Shown here piece after piece: positions 1 to 8,708 of a stretch of 64,000 nt of DNA. Under the pieces are notes generated by a model. The model was given only the letters and a program-made list of their open reading frames with translations, was not told where the DNA came from and searched no databases. The translations under genes were made by a program, and so were the position numbers. Source of the stretch: a virus (Duplodnaviria; Caudoviricetes). How positions within the stretch are numbered: position 1 is the stretch's first letter; every line of letters begins with the position of its first letter. Location of the stretch: positions 17,840 to 81,839 of IMG/VR virus record IMGVR_UViG_3300006217_000023; one strand, 5' to 3'.

Positions 1-1421
1 TTTAAATATTTGTTATAATCTAATAGTTCTTTATTTAATTTTCCATAACTGTCTTTTAATTCTTTATTAGAGCCCGCTTCTTTTTTACTTATCTCTTCAT
101 ATTTTTCATTAAGAACATCTATCTCATTTTTTATATTTTTTACTTCTTCTGATTTTGGATTAGAAGCTTGTGCTTTGGCTAATTCTTCTCTTTTCTGAAT
201 TAAATTAGTTACTATATCAATTTCTTGCTCTAGCTCTGTTTTTCTTTGCTCAGCATTTGTTATTTCAGTGTTTGTATATCCCATTTTTTTAGTTACCAGA
301 TTATTATACTGTTCTGTCCTTGCATTTAAAACTCCTTGTGCTTCTGCTTGTTTTTCTGTTGCAGATGTATATGCTGCAAAAGCAGAAACTACTAAACTAA
401 TTGCTATAGCTAGTGCTCCAAATGGATTTGCTGCTAATGCTGCTGTAAATCCTTGAGTAGAAATTGTTGCTGCTATTGTACTCGCTTTATAAATATCATA
501 AGCTTTTTTTACTGCTGTTATTAATGTTACTAAAGTCCCTAGTGTAAGTATGAATGTCGTTACTCCAGCTGTAGCACTTTCATTTGAAGATACAATTTCT
601 CCTAAACCAGACATAATATTCGTCTTAAATTCTTCGAATTTCTCTAAAAGAGGTTCTATTGCTTCTACATATGCTACTTGTGTTTCTCTCATTGCTTGAC
701 TATATTGTCCTTGCTTACCTGCTAGACTATCTAAATATTCTCCCATTGCTCCAGCAAATGGTTCTGCTGCATACATAGTTCTATTCAAATATGCTTGGTT
801 CTTTTCTGCTTCTGATAATTGGCTAGCCGTCTTTCCTATCGATTTAGCATAATTATCTAACATTACTGATAAGTTTTCTGTTACACCTGCACTATCTGAT
901 AATGTAGATAGACCTTGTCTATATCCTTCTGATGCAACTCTTACAGCTTCTGATACAGTGTAATTTGCGTTTCTATTTCTAATCGCAGAATTAGTTAAAG
1001 CCTCAATCATTTGCTCAGTTTGTTTTGCTGTCATTCCCATTAGCGAAAAGTTTTTTATTGTTGTTGCTAAGTCCGCTTTTGTTAAATATGCTCCATATTT
1101 ACTCATTATATCAGAAAAGTCTTCCATACTTTCTCCTGTATATTCTGATACATTTTGTAAAGATGCCATTGCTTGAGTATATGACTTGTATTCCTCTGTT
1201 GCCTCTTTTATAACTCCTACTATTTTTGCTAATGAAGCTACTATTCCAGCTGACATAGCTATAAAACTTGCATCTAGTTGATTGTTACTTGATTGTAAAT
1301 TTTTATTTTCTTGTTCTATTGATTGTAATTTCTTTTGTGCTGTTTCTAGTCCTTTTTCTAGTCCATCTAACTTTATTTGTAGATTTATCGCTAATTCTCC
1401 TATTGTTGTTTGATTTGCCAC
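1..1421 (-). CDS. Tape measure protein A, N-terminal part (runs off the left edge)
   Basis: Hand translation from GTG at 1421 (MANQTTIGELAINLQIKLDGLEKG...) is open to position 1; N-terminus strongly similar to 38697-42014. Absent from the ORF track because it has no stop. Confidence 0.93.
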   Translation of the reverse strand, partial: MANQTTIGELAINLQIKLDGLEKGLETAQKKLQSIEQENKNLQSSNNQLDASFIAMSAGIVASLAKIVGVIKEATEEYKSYTQAMASLQNVSEYTGESMEDFSDIMSKYGAYLTKADLATTIKNFSLMGMTAKQTEQMIEALTNSAIRNRNANYTVSEAVRVASEGYRQGLSTLSDSAGVTENLSVMLDNYAKSIGKTASQLSEAEKNQAYLNRTMYAAEPFAGAMGEYLDSLAGKQGQYSQAMRETQVAYVEAIEPLLEKFEEFKTNIMSGLGEIVSSNESATAGVTTFILTLGTLVTLITAVKKAYDIYKASTIAATISTQGFTAALAANPFGALAIAISLVVSAFAAYTSATEKQAEAQGVLNARTEQYNNLVTKKMGYTNTEITNAEQRKTELEQEIDIVTNLIQKREELAKAQASNPKSEEVKNIKNEIDVLNEKYEEISKKEAGSNKELKDSYGKLNKELLDYNKYL

Positions 1422-1481
1422 TTTCTCACCTCTTTTCGTGCATAATAAAAACACCCACATCTCTGCTGGTGTTTTGTTCAC

Positions 1482-2006
1482 TTATCCATCTAATAGTCTT
1501 ATTTTTTCAATTTCATAAGTTATTATATCTTCTTTAACTATCTTTTTTAGATATATATGTATTTTTTGCAAGCAATAATATTGTTCCGCTTTATTAACGC
1601 CACTATTTTTGTTTTGTTCTACTACATTCCAATATATATAATATGTGATATATTCGTCTTTGTTAATATTTCCTCTTCTTTCAATTTCATAACTAGAAGC
1701 TAGAACTTGCAAGTCCATTAACAAGCTACTTATAGATATACTCTCTGAATTATTTCTATTGTAATACTTAAACTCATCTGCTATGTATTCCTCTATTTGT
1801 TTTTCATTCTTACCTTTTAATGCCTCTATTATTTCATTTAATACTTCCTCTGGCTTTTTTACTTTTCCATTCGCAATTAATTGCTCTATATGCTTTTGTG
1901 TCTTATATTCTTTTATAGAATTAGATATTATAGGAATAAATATTATTGCTACTAATATTAATATTATTACACAATAACATATTCTAGAATTTTTATTTTC
2001 TTTCAC
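1482..2006 (-). CDS. Membrane-anchored hypothetical moron protein
   Basis: Probable GTG start at 2006 overlapping the upstream stop; N-terminal hydrophobic stretch ICYCVIILILVAIIFIPII. Confidence 0.75.
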   Translation of the reverse strand: MKENKNSRICYCVIILILVAIIFIPIISNSIKEYKTQKHIEQLIANGKVKKPEEVLNEIIEALKGKNEKQIEEYIADEFKYYNRNNSESISISSLLMDLQVLASSYEIERRGNINKDEYITYYIYWNVVEQNKNSGVNKAEQYYCLQKIHIYLKKIVKEDIITYEIEKIRLLDG

Positions 2007-2338
2007 TATTTTTCTACCTTTCTGTAGATATCTACTATTGTTTCCAATACAAAAAATAAAGTAATTCCAGACAACAATACACCTATTCCTGTTATTATTC
2101 CAATCCAATTCATTTCGTCATACTCTATTACTCCATAATATATTCCTATAATTAATGCACCAACTATAGATAAACATAGATTTATAATTGCTATTATATT
2201 TAAGACATCTGCATTTGTTTTCTCCGTTCTTTCTTTAAACTTTTCTTTACCTTTTTCATAATCCTCAAAATTAGTATTACAATATTGACATTCTGCTCTC
2301 CAATCTTCTATTTCTTTTTTACAATTAGGACACTCCAT
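2006..2338 (-). CDS. Zinc-ribbon membrane protein (moron)
   Basis: CPNC..CQYC plus two transmembrane segments; strong RBS; paralog at 42568-42936. Confidence 0.8.
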   Translation of the reverse strand: MECPNCKKEIEDWRAECQYCNTNFEDYEKGKEKFKERTEKTNADVLNIIAIINLCLSIVGALIIGIYYGVIEYDEMNWIGIITGIGVLLSGITLFFVLETIVDIYRKVEK

Positions 2339-2362
2339 ATTTTTCCTCCCCTTTCTGCCTAA

Positions 2363-2391
2363 ATTTTACAATAAATTGTAAAATATTGCAA
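2363..2391 (-). promoter_or_regulatory. Sigma-A-type moron promoter overlapped by a palindromic operator
   Basis: TTGCAA-17 nt-TAAAAT on the minus strand; perfect inverted repeat ATTTTACAAT-aa-ATTGTAAAAT at 2363-2384. Confidence 0.7.
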
Positions 2392-2397
2392 GAGGAT

Positions 2398-2634
2398 TTA
2401 AAAATCTTCTGCACCTACTACTTCTTCATCGTTATTTTCTACTTTGTTTAGTTCTGCATATTTCTGCATTATTATTGGGATTTCATCAATATAGTAATCT
2501 TCTAAGAACTCACGTTTACTTATTCCAATTTTGACACAAATTGCTATTGTTTTTTGAAGCCAATCAACATCGTAATCTTGTTCATCATTGGCTTCATTAG
2601 TGCGAAAAAACTTTCTAATTCGTTCATCTTCCAA
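2398..2634 (-). CDS. Tail assembly chaperone downstream frame (GT-like extension or small partner gene)
   Basis: TIAICVKIGISKREFLEDYYIDEIPIIM...GAEDF, conserved in B (43503-43660) and overlapping the chaperone 3' end. The 5' part of this ORF is probably not translated. Confidence 0.6.
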   Translation of the reverse strand: MEDERIRKFFRTNEANDEQDYDVDWLQKTIAICVKIGISKREFLEDYYIDEIPIIMQKYAELNKVENNDEEVVGAEDF

Positions 2635-2966
2635 AATTCATTAATGATTTCAATTAGCTCTTTTGGTGTTAATTCATCTCTAATTTTATCTTCTTCTATA
2701 TCCATTAGAGTTGATAAGAAAGATACTGTAAAATCTGGTAATATTAATAATAATTTCACTACTAAATCTGTTATATTCTCTAATGTAAGCATTTCTGATA
2801 ATTTAAAGTCTTTCTTTCCATCCGTTAATTGTTTTATAAAGTCTTCTGGCAAATTCTTTAATGTCTGTAGTGCTTCAAAATACTTGCCACAAGGCATTTT
2901 TCTTACTTCTACTCCATGGATTATCTTTCTTTTTGGTAAACTTAAACTTTCATTACTTTTAGCCAT
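2544..2966 (-). CDS. Tail assembly chaperone A
   Basis: Position between tail tube and tape measure genes; similar to 43637-44071. Confidence 0.8.
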   Translation of the reverse strand: MAKSNESLSLPKRKIIHGVEVRKMPCGKYFEALQTLKNLPEDFIKQLTDGKKDFKLSEMLTLENITDLVVKLLLILPDFTVSFLSTLMDIEEDKIRDELTPKELIEIINEFWKMNELESFFALMKPMMNKITMLIGFKKQ

Positions 2967-3005
2967 TTAAAAATTTCTCCTTTATATAATTTTAGGAGAG
3001 TATTG

Positions 3006-3581
3006 CTACTCTCCTGCTGGTGCTACTGTTGGTATTGTATTTAACCAAGTTAAGTCTTCTGCTTTTGTACTATCTTTATAAACTCTAACTTTAGGGTCTG
3101 ATAGTAAAGCTCTTTTATAAAATGTTCCGCTTATTGTCAATGTTGCGACTTGTGTTCCATTATCTTGCGTTTGTAAATCTTGTTTTACTTTTTTGAATTT
3201 ACATCTATAATATCTAAACATTCTATAGTTTCCATCTTTTCTTTTTGCTTTAAATGTTATTGCATAATCTTTTCCTTGATTATCTGGTCCCCAAGAATAT
3301 TCTTTTGATGTTTCGTCATATTCTCCGCCCTCAAATACTGACATTAATTCTAAATCAGCTTCTGGAACTTCTAATTCAAAATCTTCTCCATCAAAGATTT
3401 CTTCATCATCATATATTTCATCATCTGCATAAATTGGGTCATTTGATGTTTGTATATCTCTAGTTAACTTCTGTGCGTAAGGGATATTTATTGCTTCTCC
3501 CACTTTATAATTTGTTTCTGTATTCTCTAATAATTCAAATGCTTTTATTCCACTTAATCCTCTTAAAGCTTTTTTTGGCAT
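3006..3581 (-). CDS. Major tail tube protein A (phi13-like)
   Basis: YADD motif, FKAKRKDGNYRMFRYYRCKF; gene position. Confidence 0.85.
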   Translation of the reverse strand: MPKKALRGLSGIKAFELLENTETNYKVGEAINIPYAQKLTRDIQTSNDPIYADDEIYDDEEIFDGEDFELEVPEADLELMSVFEGGEYDETSKEYSWGPDNQGKDYAITFKAKRKDGNYRMFRYYRCKFKKVKQDLQTQDNGTQVATLTISGTFYKRALLSDPKVRVYKDSTKAEDLTWLNTIPTVAPAGE

Positions 3582-3599
3582 AATTAACGCCCTCCTTTT

Positions 3600-3953
3600 T
3601 TATAAAATTTCTTCTTTTTCAAAACGCATGGTTTTGTGATATATTTTTGTTTCTTGTTCAAATAAATCTAGTGCTAGTGTCCTTTCAAACTCTAAATCTT
3701 CCATCTTAGAATTAACTTCAATAGCTAGTTTCGAGCATTTACTTGAACTCTTAGCCCATATATCTACTTGAATAGCAATATTACTGCTATACTCACCATC
3801 ATCTGCCTTACTAGCAACGGAATTATCCATCTCATAGTAAGAAATTGCTGGCTTTTTATCTAAATTACTCCACTTTTGTGGATAAAAATAAGAAACCTCA
3901 ACATCTGAGATTTCTTCTAATTTTTTTAATATTTGTGGTTTTAAATTTATCAT
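3600..3953 (-). CDS. Tail terminator / tail completion protein A
   Basis: PAISYYE...IQVDIWAK; position; near-identical paralog at 44676-45044. Confidence 0.75.
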   Translation of the reverse strand: MINLKPQILKKLEEISDVEVSYFYPQKWSNLDKKPAISYYEMDNSVASKADDGEYSSNIAIQVDIWAKSSSKCSKLAIEVNSKMEDLEFERTLALDLFEQETKIYHKTMRFEKEEIL

Positions 3954-4401
3954 TATTTACCACCTAACTTTCTTATTTCTTGTTGTATTGTTTTAGTTAC
4001 TTCTTGTTCGACTTCACTTGTATTTTTTGCATGCAAATATGCAGGAGTTAAAAATGGTTGTGCAGCTATACCTTTCCAATCAGCTTTATATGATATTCCG
4101 TTCTGGTCTATCTATATTGCTTTCTCGTCCTCTTTCTCCTGTTCCAAATTCATTGTAAACAGCATGGTCACAATTGGTATATACTTTACAATTTATTTCA
4201 TCACCATTTATTTCTCCGTTTTCTTTAATAGAATTACGAAGCTCTCCACCATTCACTTCTGCAACTGGTGCCAAATATTTAGCGTTCTTTTGAACTTTTT
4301 TCATACCTCGCCTACCACCTTTTAGACAAGATTGTTTAATATCTCCACCTAAACCGAGATAAAGTAGCTAGTAACTCATCTAATCCTTCTATACTAGACA
4401 T
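3953..4401 (-). CDS. HK97 gp10-like neck protein A, needs two +1 skips at CGGN (148 aa)
   Basis: MSSIEGLDELLATLS[CGGT 4353-4356]LGGDIK...APV...LRNSI...YNEFGT...RPE[CGGA 4097-4100]ISYKADWKG...QPFLTPA; 449 nt minus 2 = 149 codons. Confidence 0.85.
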
Positions 4402-4753
4402 TCTCATCACTTCCATTCACAAGTAATGTTGTATGACTATCTACTATTATTTTGCTTTTTATTTCATATTCATTGCTGTTATATACAAGTATATCGCTAA
4501 TCTTAGCCACTGTTTTATCACAAGTTACTATTGCATTAGCTTCTATTTCTTTGCCATATTCTTGCTGAATATACTCTCTTGTAGTAAATTGAAAATTTCC
4601 TTTAAAACTATCTATCTTTTCTAGTTTACCATTTTCAATTACTGCTCCCTCATCATCTTTGATTGTTCCAGATGACCATATTTCAATTTCTTTGTCATAG
4701 AAGGTATCTTTTATTACTTGTTTAAATTCATTTGGTATTTTCATATTCTCCAC
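4394..4753 (-). CDS. Head closure / head-tail joining protein A
   Basis: Position; paralog at 45478-45837. Confidence 0.7.
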   Translation of the reverse strand: MENMKIPNEFKQVIKDTFYDKEIEIWSSGTIKDDEGAVIENGKLEKIDSFKGNFQFTTREYIQQEYGKEIEANAIVTCDKTVAKISDILVYNSNEYEIKSKIIVDSHTTLLVNGSDENV

Positions 4754-5112
4754 TCCATATATGCATAATTTGCTATTTCTGTCATATTTTTAACAATTAC
4801 TTTATCAATATCTATATCATCTTTTGAAATGTTTTCTATTATTTTAAAATTAACAGATTGCCCATTATCAGATGCACTTGTTACTTGTAATTGCTCATTA
4901 CTAGAATTATCTTTATCTTTGTAATATAAATAGCTTTTTCTTGCAAAATCTACAGCCATATAGTTTAATTGTGATGGAAAATCTACTCTTTTACAAATAG
5001 ATTTTACTTTATCACAAAATAAATCTATATATTCTTGTATCTTATTGTCATAGCTATCGTCTTGTATTCCTAATAAAGTTTTTACTCTTTCTAAAATTGT
5101 TTTTTCTTTCAT
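4741..5112 (-). CDS. Head-tail connector protein A (gp15/gp6-like)
   Basis: Position after major capsid; ICKRVDFP..L...SASDNGQSV motif. Confidence 0.75.
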   Translation of the reverse strand: MKEKTILERVKTLLGIQDDSYDNKIQEYIDLFCDKVKSICKRVDFPSQLNYMAVDFARKSYLYYKDKDNSSNEQLQVTSASDNGQSVNFKIIENISKDDIDIDKVIVKNMTEIANYAYMEWRI

Positions 5113-5145
5113 TTCTACCTCCTAAAAAGGATAAGGAACTAGTCC

Positions 5146-6201
5146 TTACCCTTTAGAGATTATTCTTGCTATTGGAATAGCTTTGTGGTTTAAATAGCTT
5201 CTTTGTGCAACTGCACTTTCTCCACTATGTACTACTTCCCAGTTAGCTCCATCTTTTAATTCAGTATCTGTTGGAGATTCTGTTTTTTGGTTTTTCTTTG
5301 TATATGAAATACCATATGGTGCAAATACTTTTCTTTGTCTCATATATAAAGTATCTTCTCCTCCATTTGTTTTTTCATCTCTTGCCATAGCATATGGTAC
5401 CTTAGCACCTATATCTTCATAATCAATTGCTCCATCTCCTAGAACATAAGTTGTATATTTTGTGTATGCCTCTTCTGTTTCTGTTGCATCAACAGCCTCA
5501 ATTGGCATATCATCATCAATTATTACTAATTTACCATTCCATGTTCCTAAATCTATATCTCTTGTTATTCCATCTTTATCAGTATATTTTAGATGTTCAA
5601 TTAAGTTTAAGTTTTGTAAATTAGTTGCAACATCACTATGCATAAATACCATTGTAAATTTCTTTTTATTTGCACCACATGCTTTATTAGTAGCACTATT
5701 TAAAGTAGTAGCAGTCATATTTCCATCTACTTCTGTTGTATGATTATCAACAAATTCATTGTTTTTAGTACCTGTCATTTTATAAATACCTTCTAGTACA
5801 GCAAGTATTGTATCTTGGTCTAACCCATCTTTATATTCAGCTACTTGTTCTGCTACATTATTCATAAAACTTTCACCTGATACATCATCAGAAAAGTCTT
5901 TTTCTGTCCAAGCTTTTGCACGACCAACAACCACAATTCCTCTGTTAAATGTTTTTGTTTTTGTTGCTTCTATATCAGTTTGTCCATCGTAATTAACTGC
6001 TTGTCCATCTAATAATCCTTTCATTGCTATTTCTGCATAAACCGTTCCGTTTTGAGATGTAAATACATCTCTTATATCTTTACTTCCTTTTAATGCCTTT
6101 GATTTTTTTAGTTCATTTGTTTTTAAATTTGGTATTCTAGCATGTTCTACTGAATATTTAAATGCTTTTTCATTAAAGCTTTTTGAATCAAAATTTCCCA
6201 T
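5146..6201 (-). CDS. Major capsid protein A
   Basis: 351 aa after the scaffold gene; NYDGQTD, GRAKAW, MHSDVA, GTWNG motifs typical of Firmicutes phage coat proteins. Confidence 0.9.
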   Translation of the reverse strand: MGNFDSKSFNEKAFKYSVEHARIPNLKTNELKKSKALKGSKDIRDVFTSQNGTVYAEIAMKGLLDGQAVNYDGQTDIEATKTKTFNRGIVVVGRAKAWTEKDFSDDVSGESFMNNVAEQVAEYKDGLDQDTILAVLEGIYKMTGTKNNEFVDNHTTEVDGNMTATTLNSATNKACGANKKKFTMVFMHSDVATNLQNLNLIEHLKYTDKDGITRDIDLGTWNGKLVIIDDDMPIEAVDATETEEAYTKYTTYVLGDGAIDYEDIGAKVPYAMARDEKTNGGEDTLYMRQRKVFAPYGISYTKKNQKTESPTDTELKDGANWEVVHSGESAVAQRSYLNHKAIPIARIISKG

Positions 6202-6226
6202 AATTATTTACCTACCTTTTCTTTTT

Positions 6227-6826
6227 TTATTCAATTTCAGCATCTGGATTTTGTTCTAGATATTTAGCAATATCATCATAGGACATTTTGCTAAAATCTG
6301 GTTTATCTCCATCTACTTTTTGTCTCTTACTTTCTCCAACACCAGTAATTATAGTTTCTTCTTTGTTGAATAAGTAATCTTTTCTTTCTTTTAAACTATT
6401 TATTTGTTCATCTAGTCCAATGAAGTTTTCTCCATCTAAACTAATTTTTGAGACATCAAGATTTGCCCTTATGTCTACTACATCTTTTGCATTAATTTCT
6501 TTTGACATTAGCTTAACTGCTAATTTACTGTCAAAATTATTTTGTTTTACTTTGTTGTCTGCTTCTTCTTGAATTTCTTTTACTTTTGTGTCATAATCTT
6601 CTTGAGTAATAGAACCTTTCTTATAGTTCTCATACTCTGTTTGAATATCTGATTGCGTTGTTTTTAATGTTTCAATTTCTGTATTTGCATTTTTTAACTT
6701 TTCATTTACTTCATTAAAAACACTTGCAGGCTTAAAATATTTTGGTAATTCTTTAGCAATTTTACTTTCTAAATCATCTACATTTTCTATTCCTGCGTTT
6801 TTTAACAATTCTTTTAACCATTCCAT
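6227..6826 (-). CDS. Capsid scaffolding protein A (minor structural GP20-like)
   Basis: Coiled coil, GLDEQINSLKERKDYLF, C-terminal MSYDDIAKYLEQNP. Confidence 0.85.
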   Translation of the reverse strand: MEWLKELLKNAGIENVDDLESKIAKELPKYFKPASVFNEVNEKLKNANTEIETLKTTQSDIQTEYENYKKGSITQEDYDTKVKEIQEEADNKVKQNNFDSKLAVKLMSKEINAKDVVDIRANLDVSKISLDGENFIGLDEQINSLKERKDYLFNKEETIITGVGESKRQKVDGDKPDFSKMSYDDIAKYLEQNPDAEIE

Positions 6827-6941
6827 GATTAATCCTTTCTAGCTTTATTATGCTGGTGCTACCAGAACGAAAGTTATTCTTTGTTTATCCTCATGAATAA
6901 ATGAGTAATAAAAATAGACAGTTTAGTGCCATATCTAGGGC
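6827..6941 (-). ncRNA. Conserved structured leader upstream of the scaffold gene (GP20-type cis-regulatory RNA candidate)
   Basis: About 115 nt, nearly identical to 47949-48064; hairpins TAGAT/GTCTA (TAGAC/GTCTA in B), CTCA/TGAG and CTGGT/ACCAG. Confidence 0.55.
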
Positions 6942-7055
6942 ATAATAAAAAGCCGTATTTCTACGACTTATTTTATATTAATCAATAATTATTATTCAAA
7001 CAAAATATATGGATAATATCCACATATGAATTTAATTTTTCTTTTACTATATCCT

Positions 7056-8694
7056 TTAATTCTTTTCTTTTTCATATATCCACCCCAAATCTTTTGATAA
7101 CTTTGATATAACTAAATCTCGTTTTTCTGCACCATTAAAAGAATTGTATTGTTTATTTATTTGCTTTTCTATTTTATTATATTTTTCTTTTAATTTATCT
7201 ATATCTATATTTCTTTTTGGTGCTTTTAAATAAAATGTGTAGTCTGGAGATTTAATAATCATAGTGTCTATACTTTTAAATTTAACATAGCTTTTAATAT
7301 CTGTCAAAGAAAAAGAATAATTTTCAGGATGATTATGTATAAGTATAAAAGAATTATCTTTGTGTTTGTATAATCTTGCAATATTACTTAGACTAGGATT
7401 AACGTTAGTTTTAGTTCCAGTTGTAATTTTACCTATTAAATTACCTGTTTTTGCATCTAACATTGCCAAATTTTCTTTTTGATTATCCTTATATTTTCTT
7501 ATAATATTTTTTTCACATTTAACTATATTATTCTTTCTTTGTTCATTTGAATATAATTTTGTTCTTATAGTATTTTTAGTAAAATCATTAATATTCTCTT
7601 GAAACTTTAATACCTCTTTTTTGTTTTTATTAACACCTTGTTCTAATGTTAGTTTAGGCATATATTCTTGTTTCCATTGTTTATATGTCATATCTTGTGG
7701 TACTAATATAGACTTTCCATCTTCATCTCTCGCTCTTCTTTGTAGTCCATCTATTACATCATCATCAAATTCTGCTACTGTTGTGCATCTGTCATTTGGG
7801 TGGATTGGTGGATAATTCTTACCGTGGTTTTCTATCTTTTATATTAAATACTTTATTATCTAATTCTGCACAATGTTTACAAGTCACATTGTCTAAAGTT
7901 GCTATAAATCTATATTTTTCTATATCTAATTCTTCATAAGATAACATTTCACTTTCATTTGCAAAATGATTTACTTCTGTTCTTACAAGTCTCGTAGCTT
8001 TATATAGTCCTACATTCATGTATTCCTTTAGTTCTCTACTTATCTTATTCACCGATTTACCACTCATTGTATCTGCTATTAATTGTGTATTTAAATAATC
8101 ACTTAATTTATTTTTGTTTTTCCATATTCTTTCTGAAAAATTAGCTTTATTATTCCAATTTTCATTCAGTAATAAATTTATTGTTTTATTATTCAACAAA
8201 TCAAATTTAAACCCTAAATTCAATCCCTTTTGAATATTGTATATATTGTGATAATATGCCTCTTTTATTGTATCTACACATCTTTCTGTAGTTGCCTGTT
8301 GCTCTAATTCTGCTAATTTAACTAATTCCATTTCGATATTTTCTTTTAAAGCTTCATATCTTGATATGCGATAATTATAAGCTGGTGCATTATATTTAGC
8401 TATCATTTTGTCTTTTATAATCTCATCTTTTATGTTGTTATTTATTGTATATAGTAGATTTTTATAATGTATATCTGATTCTTTCTTACTTAATAATTGT
8501 TCAAAAACTTCTTTTGATAACATTGCATCTTTAGAATAATTTTTAAATATATTCCTTATTTCTTTATCAATATTTTTAATTGCTTTATCATATATATCTA
8601 TTAAACTATTTATAGTATATTCTGTTCCTTTTTCTAGTCTTTTCATTAATTCAGTAGATCGTTTTTCCCAATAATCATTTGGTTTTCTTGCCAT
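7056..8694 (-). CDS. MuF (SPP1 gp7-like) minor head protein fused to a JAB/MPN-like C-terminal domain; needs a +1 skip at CGGT 7821-7824 (545 aa)
   Basis: ...TLDNVTCKHCAELD...KP[CGGT]KNYPPIHPNDRCTTV joins track ORFs 7819-8694 and 7056-7691 in frame; C-terminal IHNHP...SLTD motif. Confidence 0.85.
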
Positions 8695-8708
8695 AAAAAT
8701 AACACCTC

